NCBI GenBank assembly: GCA_036677065.1
Contig: JAKFBS010000011.1
Location: forward strand, 187,356-251,355
Source of the DNA: Bdellovibrio sp.
GTDB lineage: Bacteria > Bdellovibrionota > Bdellovibrionia > Bdellovibrionales > Bdellovibrionaceae
Length of the DNA: 64,000 nt
Reading direction: 5' to 3'
Part shown: positions 30,588-39,573 of the stretch, one piece after another
How the letters are laid out: each line of letters starts with the position of its first letter
Position numbering within the stretch: the first letter of the stretch is position 1
Notes under the pieces: model-generated
Database searches by the model: none
Seen by the model: the letters and a program-made list of their open reading frames with translations, nothing else
What the model was told of the DNA's origin: nothing
Translations under genes and position numbers: made by a program

Positions 30588-32303
30588 ATGCAGTCAGATA
30601 TTCGTTATGTTTGGTCAAAATTATTAAAGTATAAATCTACCCTGATCATCGTTGGTCTTACGGGAATGATTTATGCTGCCTCTAAAGCTTTTATTGCTCA
30701 CTATGTGAAAAATTTGATGGATTCAGCAGCCATGCCGCAGAATCTTGAATCTTTAATTGGTATTGGTATCGGCCTAGCCTTTGTTATTTCTATTTCTCGT
30801 TATTTTCATATTTATTTAATGAATGTGGTCAGCGAAAAAGTAACTCAGGATATTCGCCAGCAGTTACAACAAAAGTTTTTACGCCTAAACCTAAAGTTTC
30901 ATAATACATACGCTTCAGGTTCGGGTGGCTTATTAAGCCGTACGTTCAATGACGTTAAAATCGTACAGGACGGTTTACGTCTGTTCGCTGATATCTTTAC
31001 GGCACCCCTGATGTTCGTAGCCGTAGTATTCAATTTATTTTATTTTGATACGACCTTAGCTTTTTCAATTCTAGTTATCACTCCGGTGATTTTAATTGCT
31101 CTACGTCAGCTCTCTAAGACCATTAAAAAGTATTCGGTATTTGGTGTTGAACAGTTAGAACGTATTACATCAACCATTAAAGAATCATTAGATGGCGTAA
31201 GAACAATTCAAGCGTTCAATTTGGAAAACTTTTTTAAAAATAGATTAATTGGCCAAGGTGATCGCTTTATCGAAATGCGCCGTAAAGTGCATGGACGCGT
31301 AGAATTGATTGGCCCTATTAATGAATTCGTAGCCACATTGATTCTTGTCGCCATCGTGTATTACTTCTCATCACGCATAGCTGCGGGTAAATCTTCATTT
31401 GGTATCTTAATGGCATATTTAACGACGATCATGCAAGCTAATGAACCGATTAAAAAGTTTCAAGAAGCCATCGTGCGTCTGCAAGAAAGCCGCGTTTGCG
31501 CTGATCGCATTGAAAAAATGCTTAATGAAGACAGCGAAGTTCCTGAGTCTGGTAAAAACTTACCGTTTCCAAAAACTTGGGACATCATTGAATATAAAAA
31601 TATTCAATTCGCTTATGATAGTACTCCGTTAATTCAAAACTTTAATTTGCAGATTAGAAAAGGCCAAACCGTAGCTTTCGTTGGTGAAAGTGGAAGTGGT
31701 AAGACGACCTTAGCGAACTTACTAGCACGCTTTTACGATGCGCAGAGCGGTGAAATTACAATTGGCGGGGTAAACACTAAAGATATTCTTCTACATGATC
31801 TTAGAAAAAATATTGGTTTAGTTTCTCAGGATGTCTTTTTATTTTCTGACACTATTACAACGAATATTACTGCCGGTCTAAATTCTACTGCTAGCGATAA
31901 AGTCGTGGCCTCTGCTAAAGCCGCACACGCCTTAGATTTTATTAATAAAAATCCAAATAAGTTTGATACCTTAGTCGGCGAACGCGGCGGTAATTTTTCT
32001 GGTGGCGAAAAACAACGTTTAGCTATTGCGCGTGCATTATATAAAGACGCACCGATTTTAATTTTAGATGAAGCGACAAGCGCACTAGATTCAGTCAGCG
32101 AAGAACAAGTTCAGCGCGGCTTAGATGAATTAATGCAAGGTCGTACGACTTTGGTGATTGCTCACCGTCTATCTACTATACAAAGTGCTGACTTAATTTT
32201 AGTCATGAAGCATGGTCAGTGTGTTGAAAAAGGTGTACACAAAGAGCTGTTAGAAAAAAATGGCGAGTACGCACGACTGTATTACACGCAAAATAAAGCG
32301 TAA
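30588..32303 (+). CDS. ABC exporter, fused TMD-NBD (MsbA-like)
   Basis: N-terminal 6-TM domain; GESGSGKTT, FSGGEKQR, ILDEATSALD, IAHRLST. Confidence 0.88.
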   Translation: MQSDIRYVWSKLLKYKSTLIIVGLTGMIYAASKAFIAHYVKNLMDSAAMPQNLESLIGIGIGLAFVISISRYFHIYLMNVVSEKVTQDIRQQLQQKFLRLNLKFHNTYASGSGGLLSRTFNDVKIVQDGLRLFADIFTAPLMFVAVVFNLFYFDTTLAFSILVITPVILIALRQLSKTIKKYSVFGVEQLERITSTIKESLDGVRTIQAFNLENFFKNRLIGQGDRFIEMRRKVHGRVELIGPINEFVATLILVAIVYYFSSRIAAGKSSFGILMAYLTTIMQANEPIKKFQEAIVRLQESRVCADRIEKMLNEDSEVPESGKNLPFPKTWDIIEYKNIQFAYDSTPLIQNFNLQIRKGQTVAFVGESGSGKTTLANLLARFYDAQSGEITIGGVNTKDILLHDLRKNIGLVSQDVFLFSDTITTNITAGLNSTASDKVVASAKAAHALDFINKNPNKFDTLVGERGGNFSGGEKQRLAIARALYKDAPILILDEATSALDSVSEEQVQRGLDELMQGRTTLVIAHRLSTIQSADLILVMKHGQCVEKGVHKELLEKNGEYARLYYTQNKA

Positions 32304-32369
32304 CCAAATCAAAAGGCTAGACGTAAGTCTAAGTTCGTCAAAAGTTTAAACAAAATTAAAATTGCGGTC

Positions 32370-32397
32370 TCAAGTCTGTCAACAAAGTTGACGATAA
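32370..32397 (+). promoter_or_regulatory. Sigma28/FliA-like promoter candidate upstream of the sigma54 activator, overlapping palindrome GTCAAC-AAA-GTTGAC
   Basis: TCAAG-N16-ACGATAA, same spacing as the site at 41941-41968; perfect inverted repeat at 32378-32392. Confidence 0.45.
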
Positions 32398-32432
32398 ATA
32401 ATTATACAAAAAAGACAACAAAGAGGTGTCGT

Positions 32433-33986
32433 ATGATTAATTGGAACGAATTCGAACATATTCACGTAATTAAAAAGTTAAAACACGTTCTCCAAGCTTG
32501 GTGGAATGTAGATACAGTTTTTACTGATGAGCGCGGACAAATCAAAGGCTTAGATGAAAAACTAACTTTTGCTAATCCAGCTGTGAATTATTTAATTCAC
32601 AAAGAGCTAACGCAAAATAGCCTGGCTGATTTAGTGTCGGCATCTATTAATGACTTACGCCAATCAAATAACCCTTTTGTTTTCAAAAAATGGGATGCAG
32701 CAGGTTTTGATGTGTGTGTATTTCCAATCGTCATCGAAAACGATTTCGTAGGAACTGTTGTGGCGATGGGTTTTTTCAAAGAAGAAAACACAGCTCACAG
32801 AATTTCTGAAATTCGTGAACGTTTAGCAACTTACGGTTGCACGAACGAACTAATCGAAAAATCATTATCTAAATTTCAATATCTTGATGAAGCTAATCGC
32901 ACTCATTTTACTGAGTTAGTTGAATTAGTTGCGCAAGAGATCGTTACATTACATGTAGAAATCGCTAGCCGCGAATCTAAAATCAGCCAGTTAAACTCTG
33001 AATTAGGTAATCGTTTCAAATATGACAACATGATCGGTAAATCTAAACCGATGCAGTCGTTATATGCTTTGCTTGATAAAATTAAATTTGCTGATTCTAC
33101 TGTTATGATCCAAGGGGATAACGGTACTGGTAAAGAATTGATTGCAAAATCAATCCATTACAATTCTCACCGTAAAGGTAACAACTTTGTTATCCAGAAC
33201 TGCTCGGCATTCAATGATAACTTATTAGAATCAGAATTATTCGGTCACGTTAAAGGATCGTTCACAGGTGCTTTAAAAGACAAAAAAGGTCTTTTTGAAA
33301 TCGCTGATAAAGGAACTTTCTTCTTGGATGAGATCGGTGATACTTCACCACAAATGCAAGTAAAGCTTCTTCGCGTATTACAAGAAGGAACTTTTACTCC
33401 GGTAGGTTCTACTGAAATGAGAAAAGTAGATGTACGTATCGTTGCCGCTACGAACAAAAACTTACGTGAAATGGTTGAACAAGGCACATTCCGCGAAGAC
33501 TTGTATTACCGTTTAAATGTAATCAATATTCGTGTTCCGCCATTACGTGAGCGTAAAGAAGATATTCCTGTATTAGTGGATTTTTTCTTAGCTAAAGTTG
33601 CAGAACAATCTGGTAAACCTAAAAAGCAATTAATGGGCCGTGCTGTTGAAAAACTATATGACTATGCTTGGCCAGGTAACGTGCGTGAATTGCAAAATGA
33701 AATCGAAAGATTATGCGTTTTAGCAGGCGACGAAGTTAAAGTTGGGCATGAAATTTTATCTCCGAAAATCTTAGAAATTGGTGAAAAAGCCAAAGTTCAG
33801 GGCTCTCGTTTACAAGGTAAACTAAAAGATGCTTTAGAAGACCTAGAGCGCGAAATGATCAAAGAAGGTTTACGCCGCACGGGTTGGAATAAGTCTAAAT
33901 TAGCTAAAGAGCTTGGTATTTCACGTGCCGGTCTTATCATGAAAGTTGAAAAATACGGTCTTGATAAACGTAAGTTAGCTCGCTAA
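32433..33986 (+). CDS. Sigma54-dependent enhancer-binding protein with N-terminal PocR-like sensor and Fis-type HTH
   Basis: GDNGTGKE, ESELFGHVKGSFTGA, FFLDEIG, FREDLYYRLNV, WPGNVREL, C-terminal NKSKLAKELGISR; GAGG SD before ATG 32433. Confidence 0.93.
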   Translation: MINWNEFEHIHVIKKLKHVLQAWWNVDTVFTDERGQIKGLDEKLTFANPAVNYLIHKELTQNSLADLVSASINDLRQSNNPFVFKKWDAAGFDVCVFPIVIENDFVGTVVAMGFFKEENTAHRISEIRERLATYGCTNELIEKSLSKFQYLDEANRTHFTELVELVAQEIVTLHVEIASRESKISQLNSELGNRFKYDNMIGKSKPMQSLYALLDKIKFADSTVMIQGDNGTGKELIAKSIHYNSHRKGNNFVIQNCSAFNDNLLESELFGHVKGSFTGALKDKKGLFEIADKGTFFLDEIGDTSPQMQVKLLRVLQEGTFTPVGSTEMRKVDVRIVAATNKNLREMVEQGTFREDLYYRLNVINIRVPPLRERKEDIPVLVDFFLAKVAEQSGKPKKQLMGRAVEKLYDYAWPGNVRELQNEIERLCVLAGDEVKVGHEILSPKILEIGEKAKVQGSRLQGKLKDALEDLEREMIKEGLRRTGWNKSKLAKELGISRAGLIMKVEKYGLDKRKLAR

Positions 33987-34014
33987 CTATCAATACACAT
34001 TAAGAAAAAAATTC

Positions 34015-34046
34015 AACCTGAGGCTTAAAACCCTCAGGTTTTTTTT
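34015..34046 (+). terminator. Intrinsic terminator after the sigma54 activator
   Basis: AACCTGAGG-N8-CCTCAGGTT followed by a T run. Confidence 0.85.
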
Positions 34047-34167
34047 CGTCTAAAACATTGTCATATCTTTTTTTCACAACCCTTTTCTCTTCTGAAAACA
34101 GGCATTTACCCCTAGTACATAGGCTCTATAACAAATAATTTGACAGCGTGCCAAGCGGAACAAAATT

Positions 34168-34183
34168 CGGCACAACTCTTGTA
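34168..34183 (+). promoter_or_regulatory. Sigma54-like promoter (-12 element TTGTA variant)
   Basis: CGGCACAACTCTTGTA versus consensus TGGCACG-N4-TTGCW. Confidence 0.55.
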
Positions 34184-34261
34184 TTAATTCTTCATAAGAA
34201 CGCTTTGAAAAAAGCTGGGGATAACTATTAAGCGGGGACGCCAAGTCCGTGGGGATATGAT

Positions 34262-35107
34262 ATGATGAAGGACGTTGTTGAAAATGCAGTTTGGACTAAA
34301 ACACAAGCTTTGATCCAAGATAAGTATGGAAAAAAGATTGCGTTTAAAACTATAGATTTAACCAATTCAGCAATGCCTTCTTTTTTAGAAGGTGATGATC
34401 TGATCGTGCCGCTAAATTCTAAAGCTATCTATTTAGGGGAAGTGATTGTTAATCGTGGTTCATTATTATCAACACAACAACGCGAAGAGATCGTTGATCT
34501 TATTAAGTTCTTAGTTGAGCCGCATGTTTACAATAAACATTTAAAACTTAAAGAAGAAATCGAAGCTTATAAACGCCAAGCTGCGATGGAAGCTGTAAAT
34601 CTTGATGATACAGAAGATTCAAATGTATTTTCATTATTTAATGAAGACGACGAAGAGACTTCATTAGTTAAACTTATTAATTCAGTGATTCATTTACGTT
34701 CTACTTCTGGATTAATCCGCAAAAAAGTAGCCTTAAAAATTCACGATATGGCTGAACAAAACTTATTCGTGGCCTTTAATGAAATTGCCCGCCAAATGCA
34801 CTCTGCTGAAGAATTCAAAACTTTTGATAAAACCACGTTTTTTATTGAAGACATTGCCCAATTAAATGCCCAAGAGCTTGCACTTCTTGATGCAGCTTGT
34901 GCATTAAAATTAGAAGGTCTAGTTTTTATTATCGGAAGCTCTATGGCTGATAAACAAATCGACGCTTTAGATGTTTCAAAAGAACTTAGAGCTGACATGA
35001 ATGCAATTTTATTTGATATTGATCGTCTGCCATTTGCTCAACAAACTAGTACCGACGTTTTAGAACTACTGTTCTTTTCTACAAGTAATATGGGCGCACA
35101 AAATTAA
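34262..35107 (+). CDS. Hypothetical protein: GAF-like N-terminus plus degenerate sigma54-activator AAA domain
   Basis: By-eye colinearity with the neighbouring activator, e.g. DKTTFFIEDIAQL vs DKGTFFLDEIGDT; no GAFTGA loop, no Walker A GK, no HTH. Confidence 0.6.
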   Translation: MMKDVVENAVWTKTQALIQDKYGKKIAFKTIDLTNSAMPSFLEGDDLIVPLNSKAIYLGEVIVNRGSLLSTQQREEIVDLIKFLVEPHVYNKHLKLKEEIEAYKRQAAMEAVNLDDTEDSNVFSLFNEDDEETSLVKLINSVIHLRSTSGLIRKKVALKIHDMAEQNLFVAFNEIARQMHSAEEFKTFDKTTFFIEDIAQLNAQELALLDAACALKLEGLVFIIGSSMADKQIDALDVSKELRADMNAILFDIDRLPFAQQTSTDVLELLFFSTSNMGAQN

Positions 35108-35142
35108 TTGCTCGCTCGTGCGGATCATGCCAGCATTAAGGG

Positions 35143-36153
35143 ATGACCGCACAAATCGATCAGTTCTTACAAGACTATTTTAAAAACTCACACTACAAAG
35201 TTCTGCAGCTTGCAGGCGACGCTTCAGCACGTAAATACTTTCGCGTAATTTATGAACAAGACACTTATGTGTTAATGTCGTGGGAGCCTTTCGATGCCGA
35301 CAAATACCCCTTCATCAATGTATTACGTCACTTTGAATCTAGCGGCGTAAACGTACCTAAAATCAAAAAAATTGGCGCAGAGCACGGTTTACTGTTATTA
35401 GAAGACTTAGGCGATCTGACTTTAGAACGAAAATTTTGGGAATCAGCTAATCAAGAATATTCTTGGGACTACTACAAAAAATCTTTAGATGAAATTATTA
35501 AAATTCATACAACAGCTACGCTTTCTCCGAAGCCGACAATTGCAAAAGAGATCATGTTTGATACCGCAAAATTTTTGTGGGAATTAAATTACGCCCGTGA
35601 ACATTTAATCGAAGGTGTTTTAAAATTTCAGCTAAAAGACAAAGTGGCTGCTGATTTACAGAAAGCTTTCACAGACATTGCCGAACGTTTACATAATGAA
35701 CCAAAAGTAATTTGTCACCGCGATTACCATTCTCGTAATTTAATGATTAAGCTTGATGAAGTTTATGTGATTGATTTTCAGGATGCACGCTTAGGCCCGA
35801 TTCAGTATGACTTAGTCAGTTTATTAAAAGACTCTTATGTTGATATCAACGATGATTACGCAGATAAAATGTTGAATTATTATTTTGATAACACTCCCTT
35901 TATGCAAGACCGTAAGCTTTCAAAAGAACAGTTTAACGTGATTTATGAATTACAAAGCGTACAACGCTGTTTTAAAGCTTGTGGTAGCTTTGCTAGTTTT
36001 ATGAATACGCGAAATGACCGTCGCTACGCAAAATATTTAAATGGCACCTTAAAACGTGTCATGCGCTCTTTAACTCACTTTCCTGAATATAAAATTTTAC
36101 TTGATGTTTTAATTGATGCCGGAGCCTTTGATAAAAATTATGAACGACTCTAA
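35143..36153 (+). CDS. amgK: N-acetylmuramate/N-acetylglucosamine anomeric kinase (APH fold)
   Basis: LAGDASARKYFR, LLLEDLGD, CHRDYHSRNLM, IDFQDA..GP..YDLVSLL.D; directly upstream of a murU-like gene. Confidence 0.85.
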   Translation: MTAQIDQFLQDYFKNSHYKVLQLAGDASARKYFRVIYEQDTYVLMSWEPFDADKYPFINVLRHFESSGVNVPKIKKIGAEHGLLLLEDLGDLTLERKFWESANQEYSWDYYKKSLDEIIKIHTTATLSPKPTIAKEIMFDTAKFLWELNYAREHLIEGVLKFQLKDKVAADLQKAFTDIAERLHNEPKVICHRDYHSRNLMIKLDEVYVIDFQDARLGPIQYDLVSLLKDSYVDINDDYADKMLNYYFDNTPFMQDRKLSKEQFNVIYELQSVQRCFKACGSFASFMNTRNDRRYAKYLNGTLKRVMRSLTHFPEYKILLDVLIDAGAFDKNYERL

Positions 36154-36952
36154 AGTTAATGTTTTATTATTTGCAGCTGGCCTTGGCACCCGTCTTCGCC
36201 CAGCGACTTTAGAAAATCCAAAGCCGGTGATTCCTTTATTTGGTATTCCGATGGGTTATTATTTATTACCGTACATCATTGAACTGCCTGTGGATAAGTT
36301 TGTGGTTAATACCTTTCACTTGCCTGAAAAAATTCATGAATGTTACGATCGCTTACGCCATTCAATTAAATTTTCAGATGAAACTGGTTTTATCAAAGGC
36401 AGCGGTGGCGGCTTAAAGCAGGCTGAAAGTATTTTAGGAAATCAAAATCCAATTTTAGCCGGTAATGCTGATGAAGTTTTCTTTACGCCTGATTCTCAAT
36501 TTTTAAAAAAAGCTTTAGATAAACATATCGCTGAAAATGCGTTAGCAACACTCATCGTGATGAATCATCCAGAAGCCGGTAATAAGTTTGGTGGTATTTG
36601 GACTGAGTCGCACGGTAGCGAAACAGTTGTCTCGATCGGCAAAGAAGCACCAACACCAAATGCAAGGCCGTGGCATTTTATCGGCTTACAGATTTTATCA
36701 CCTGACATTTTTTCGATGATTGAATCTGACAAAGAGTTAAATATTTTTTATGATGTTCTTATTCACAAATTACCGACACATAAAGTGCAAATCTTTCCGG
36801 TTGAGATGGATTGGTATGAATTGGGTAATTTAACTGATTATCAGCATGCAAAAACAGAGATCGCGGCACAAAAAGATTCGAATCCAGTTTATAAAAAGCA
36901 TTTCACAAAATTAAATGCTCTACCACAATCAAAGCTCGGTGATTTGGCCTAA
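36140..36952 (+). CDS. murU: MurNAc-alpha-1-phosphate uridylyltransferase (nucleotidyltransferase)
   Basis: AAGLGTRLRP.T...PKP, VVNTFHL, GSGGGL, GNAD; coupled to amgK. Confidence 0.78.
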   Translation: MNDSKVNVLLFAAGLGTRLRPATLENPKPVIPLFGIPMGYYLLPYIIELPVDKFVVNTFHLPEKIHECYDRLRHSIKFSDETGFIKGSGGGLKQAESILGNQNPILAGNADEVFFTPDSQFLKKALDKHIAENALATLIVMNHPEAGNKFGGIWTESHGSETVVSIGKEAPTPNARPWHFIGLQILSPDIFSMIESDKELNIFYDVLIHKLPTHKVQIFPVEMDWYELGNLTDYQHAKTEIAAQKDSNPVYKKHFTKLNALPQSKLGDLA

Positions 36953-38026
36953 AACTACTTTTTTCTTAGCCGATGTAGCTTTCGGCAAATTTGCTGGAAT
37001 CTTCCACACACAACAAGCTGCCAGCAATGCAAAGGCAGCGCCTTCGATACTTTGGGTTGGCCAGCCGTGATCTTCTACTGTGCTAACTTTAATACTTTCA
37101 AGTTCTTCATCAATACGCTTAATTAAAAATTTATTTTTAGCACCACCGCCACAGAAAATAATTTCATGCGGTTGTGGGCGACAAAATTGAATATAAGATT
37201 TTGCAACTGATTGCACCGTGAATTCAGTTAAAGTTGCCACGCGATCTTCTAATGATAATTGTGATAAAGATTTTTCAAACTTCGAATAAAATTCTTTACC
37301 AAATTGTTCCCGGCCGCAGCTTTTCGGTGGCTTCATTGTAAAATAGGGATGATTCAGCATTTCAACTAACAGCTGAACATTTACTTTACCACGCGCTGCA
37401 AGCTTTCCTTCTTTATCATAAAGCTGTGATGAATGCGTCGAACGGCGAACTTCTTCATCAATTAGCATATTCGCTGGGCCCGTATCAAAACCTAATTTTA
37501 ATTCACCCTTGACGATCAAACTTAAATTGCTGATGCCGCCTAGGTTATGCAGGCTTATGGTTCTTTTTTTATCACCGAAAACTGTTTGATGGAAAAATGG
37601 GGCCAGCGGTGCGCCCTCTCCGCCAGCAGCAATGTCAGCCGAGCGAAAATTAGAAACGACTTTTTTTCCTGAAGTTAAAGCTAAATAACTTGGCTCACCA
37701 ATTTGCGAGGTGGCCACCTTGCCCTGGTGAAACACCGTTTGCCCATGTAAGCCAATTAAATCAACCAGCTTTAAGGCTTTAGGTAGTTGTTTGAAGCAAT
37801 CCGCATAGAAGCGGCCTAGCTCGTGATTTAACAGTGATAGTTCTGCCACATTCATTTCATTCTGGGCAGCACGCAAAAGTTTTTTCTTTAGCATGGCCGG
37901 AAAAGTAAATGATTCCATTCCCAGATATTCACATTGTAATCGTGTTTTATTAATTTTGATTTTAACGAAATCAACACCATCTAGGCTTGTGCCGCTCATG
38001 ATGCCTAAAACTTTTAAGGTCGCCAT
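36929..38026 (-). CDS. anmK: Anhydro-N-acetylmuramic acid kinase
   Basis: GIMSGTSLDGVD, HGQTVFH, FRSADIAAGGEGAPL, NLGGISN, FDTGPAN, PKSCGRE, CGGGAKN, EGAAFA. Confidence 0.95.
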   Translation of the reverse strand: MATLKVLGIMSGTSLDGVDFVKIKINKTRLQCEYLGMESFTFPAMLKKKLLRAAQNEMNVAELSLLNHELGRFYADCFKQLPKALKLVDLIGLHGQTVFHQGKVATSQIGEPSYLALTSGKKVVSNFRSADIAAGGEGAPLAPFFHQTVFGDKKRTISLHNLGGISNLSLIVKGELKLGFDTGPANMLIDEEVRRSTHSSQLYDKEGKLAARGKVNVQLLVEMLNHPYFTMKPPKSCGREQFGKEFYSKFEKSLSQLSLEDRVATLTEFTVQSVAKSYIQFCRPQPHEIIFCGGGAKNKFLIKRIDEELESIKVSTVEDHGWPTQSIEGAAFALLAACCVWKIPANLPKATSAKKKVVLGQITEL

Positions 38027-38032
38027 AACTTA

Positions 38033-38061
38033 ATTATGACGACCTTAAACATATTTGACAA
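38033..38061 (-). promoter_or_regulatory. Sigma70 promoter of anmK, predicting a leaderless mRNA
   Basis: Minus strand TTGTCA-N17-CATAAT, then 6 nt to the ATG; no SD. Confidence 0.6.
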
Positions 38062-38086
38062 AATAATTTCTAGAATCTGGATCGGA

Positions 38087-39556
38087 CTATTTTACTTCAT
38101 GAGCAATGAACGAGTCCTGTTCGTTTTTAAGTTTGTAGCGACGATTCATCATTAAGAAGATGTCATCACCGGCAACACCGATTAATTCACCGTTAAATTC
38201 TTTAGCTAGACCTTCTGACGATGGCGCACGATCTTGATCAAACTTCTTACCATCACCTTTAGCTGCACCTAAATCATCGGTATATTTTTTATCTGAATTT
38301 GGACCATTGTTAACATCTACAACGGTTGTTGCGCCATCTGCACCACCGAAAGATCCGCCAAGATTATCTTTGTATTCTTTTTTCGCGGCTTTTGAATCAA
38401 GACCAAGCCCCGCTAATCCACCTGAATTTTGTGATAATGAATCCATCACACCTTTAGCTGAGACTGCCGGAAGACCGGCAGCAATTAATGAGTTCACGTC
38501 TTTAAAGTCGCCATCTTTATAAATTTTTCCGTTTTTTAATTTTACACTGCCATCTGCTAAAGTCGTAAATGGATCAGCAATAGTTTTACCCGATGCAAAA
38601 CCACTTGTTTTTAAAGCATCTCTCACTGTTGGTGGTGCTGCGCCAATACCCGGTTGCTGTTTACACTCTTCTGAACCTTCAGGTAAACATTTACCAGTCA
38701 CTGGGTCATAAGAAATTGTCGTCGTAGGCTGATTTGCACCATTTGACGTTGAAGCACAATTCGAAGGTTGTGATGATAATTGATTAAGCGACTGACAAGC
38801 ATTCGCTGCCGACTGTGCATGCTCACCCGATTGTTTTTTGGCTTTTGAATTTAGTAAAAACATCGCTGCGGCTGTTGCAAAAAACATTGGAGCTGCTCCG
38901 CAACATCCGTATGGGCATGAAGAAGCACACGCTGTACCTTTAACTGTTGCGGCGATACCAAGACCCATTGTAATTGCAGCTGTTATATCAAAACTCTTTT
39001 TACCTTTGTCATTTTTTTCTTTGATTTCAGCTAAAGTTGCCGTTGCCGTTTTATTTTTTTGATCTTCGATAGCTTTTAATTCAGCTGCATTCTGAGCGGT
39101 ACCTTGCGCCGAATTAGCTTGGTTATAAACAGATAAATCTTTTTGATATTGAGCATTGGCCGCATTATAAGAACTTTGGCACGATTGAAATGCTGATGAA
39201 TGTGGATCAAGACTTCCACAAGTATATGTCGGGGCTTTTGGCGCCACTAGTTGTGTACCATCGCCAGTGCTTGAACGAGCAGCTTGCGCTTGCACACCGG
39301 CCATTTGGTTTCGAACATTCGCACGTCTATTATTTTCCGCAACACAGGCTGGATCATCAACTAACGGGCGATCGCCACCCATGTTGTCATTCCAGTAAGG
39401 TGAAGGAACTTTTTTACAAACTAATGGCTGAAGTTCAGCTGCAGAGTTTGCTTCGTTGTTCGTCTGTTGGCCAAAGTTTTCGCCAGCAAAGGCAAATTGC
39501 GATTGAAAGAAAAGGGCCGCTAAAATAATTTTTGCTAAGCTTGAATTTCGTTTCAT
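38087..39556 (-). CDS. Secreted Cys-rich protein with internal hydrophobic hairpin and Gly/Ala-rich tail
   Basis: Signal peptide (FAFA-G); ITAAITMGLGIAATV-[CASSCPYGCC]-APMFFATAAAMFLL; C-terminus IGVAGDDIFLMMNRRY. Confidence 0.75.
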   Translation of the reverse strand: MKRNSSLAKIILAALFFQSQFAFAGENFGQQTNNEANSAAELQPLVCKKVPSPYWNDNMGGDRPLVDDPACVAENNRRANVRNQMAGVQAQAARSSTGDGTQLVAPKAPTYTCGSLDPHSSAFQSCQSSYNAANAQYQKDLSVYNQANSAQGTAQNAAELKAIEDQKNKTATATLAEIKEKNDKGKKSFDITAAITMGLGIAATVKGTACASSCPYGCCGAAPMFFATAAAMFLLNSKAKKQSGEHAQSAANACQSLNQLSSQPSNCASTSNGANQPTTTISYDPVTGKCLPEGSEECKQQPGIGAAPPTVRDALKTSGFASGKTIADPFTTLADGSVKLKNGKIYKDGDFKDVNSLIAAGLPAVSAKGVMDSLSQNSGGLAGLGLDSKAAKKEYKDNLGGSFGGADGATTVVDVNNGPNSDKKYTDDLGAAKGDGKKFDQDRAPSSEGLAKEFNGELIGVAGDDIFLMMNRRYKLKNEQDSFIAHEVK

Positions 39557-39573
39557 GTATCCCCCGATACCTA

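Noticed and set aside
35143..36153. APH-fold protein as an aminoglycoside resistance gene
   Set aside because: GDAS.R.Y.R and HRDYHSRN motifs plus the adjacent nucleotidyltransferase and anmK fit AmgK.
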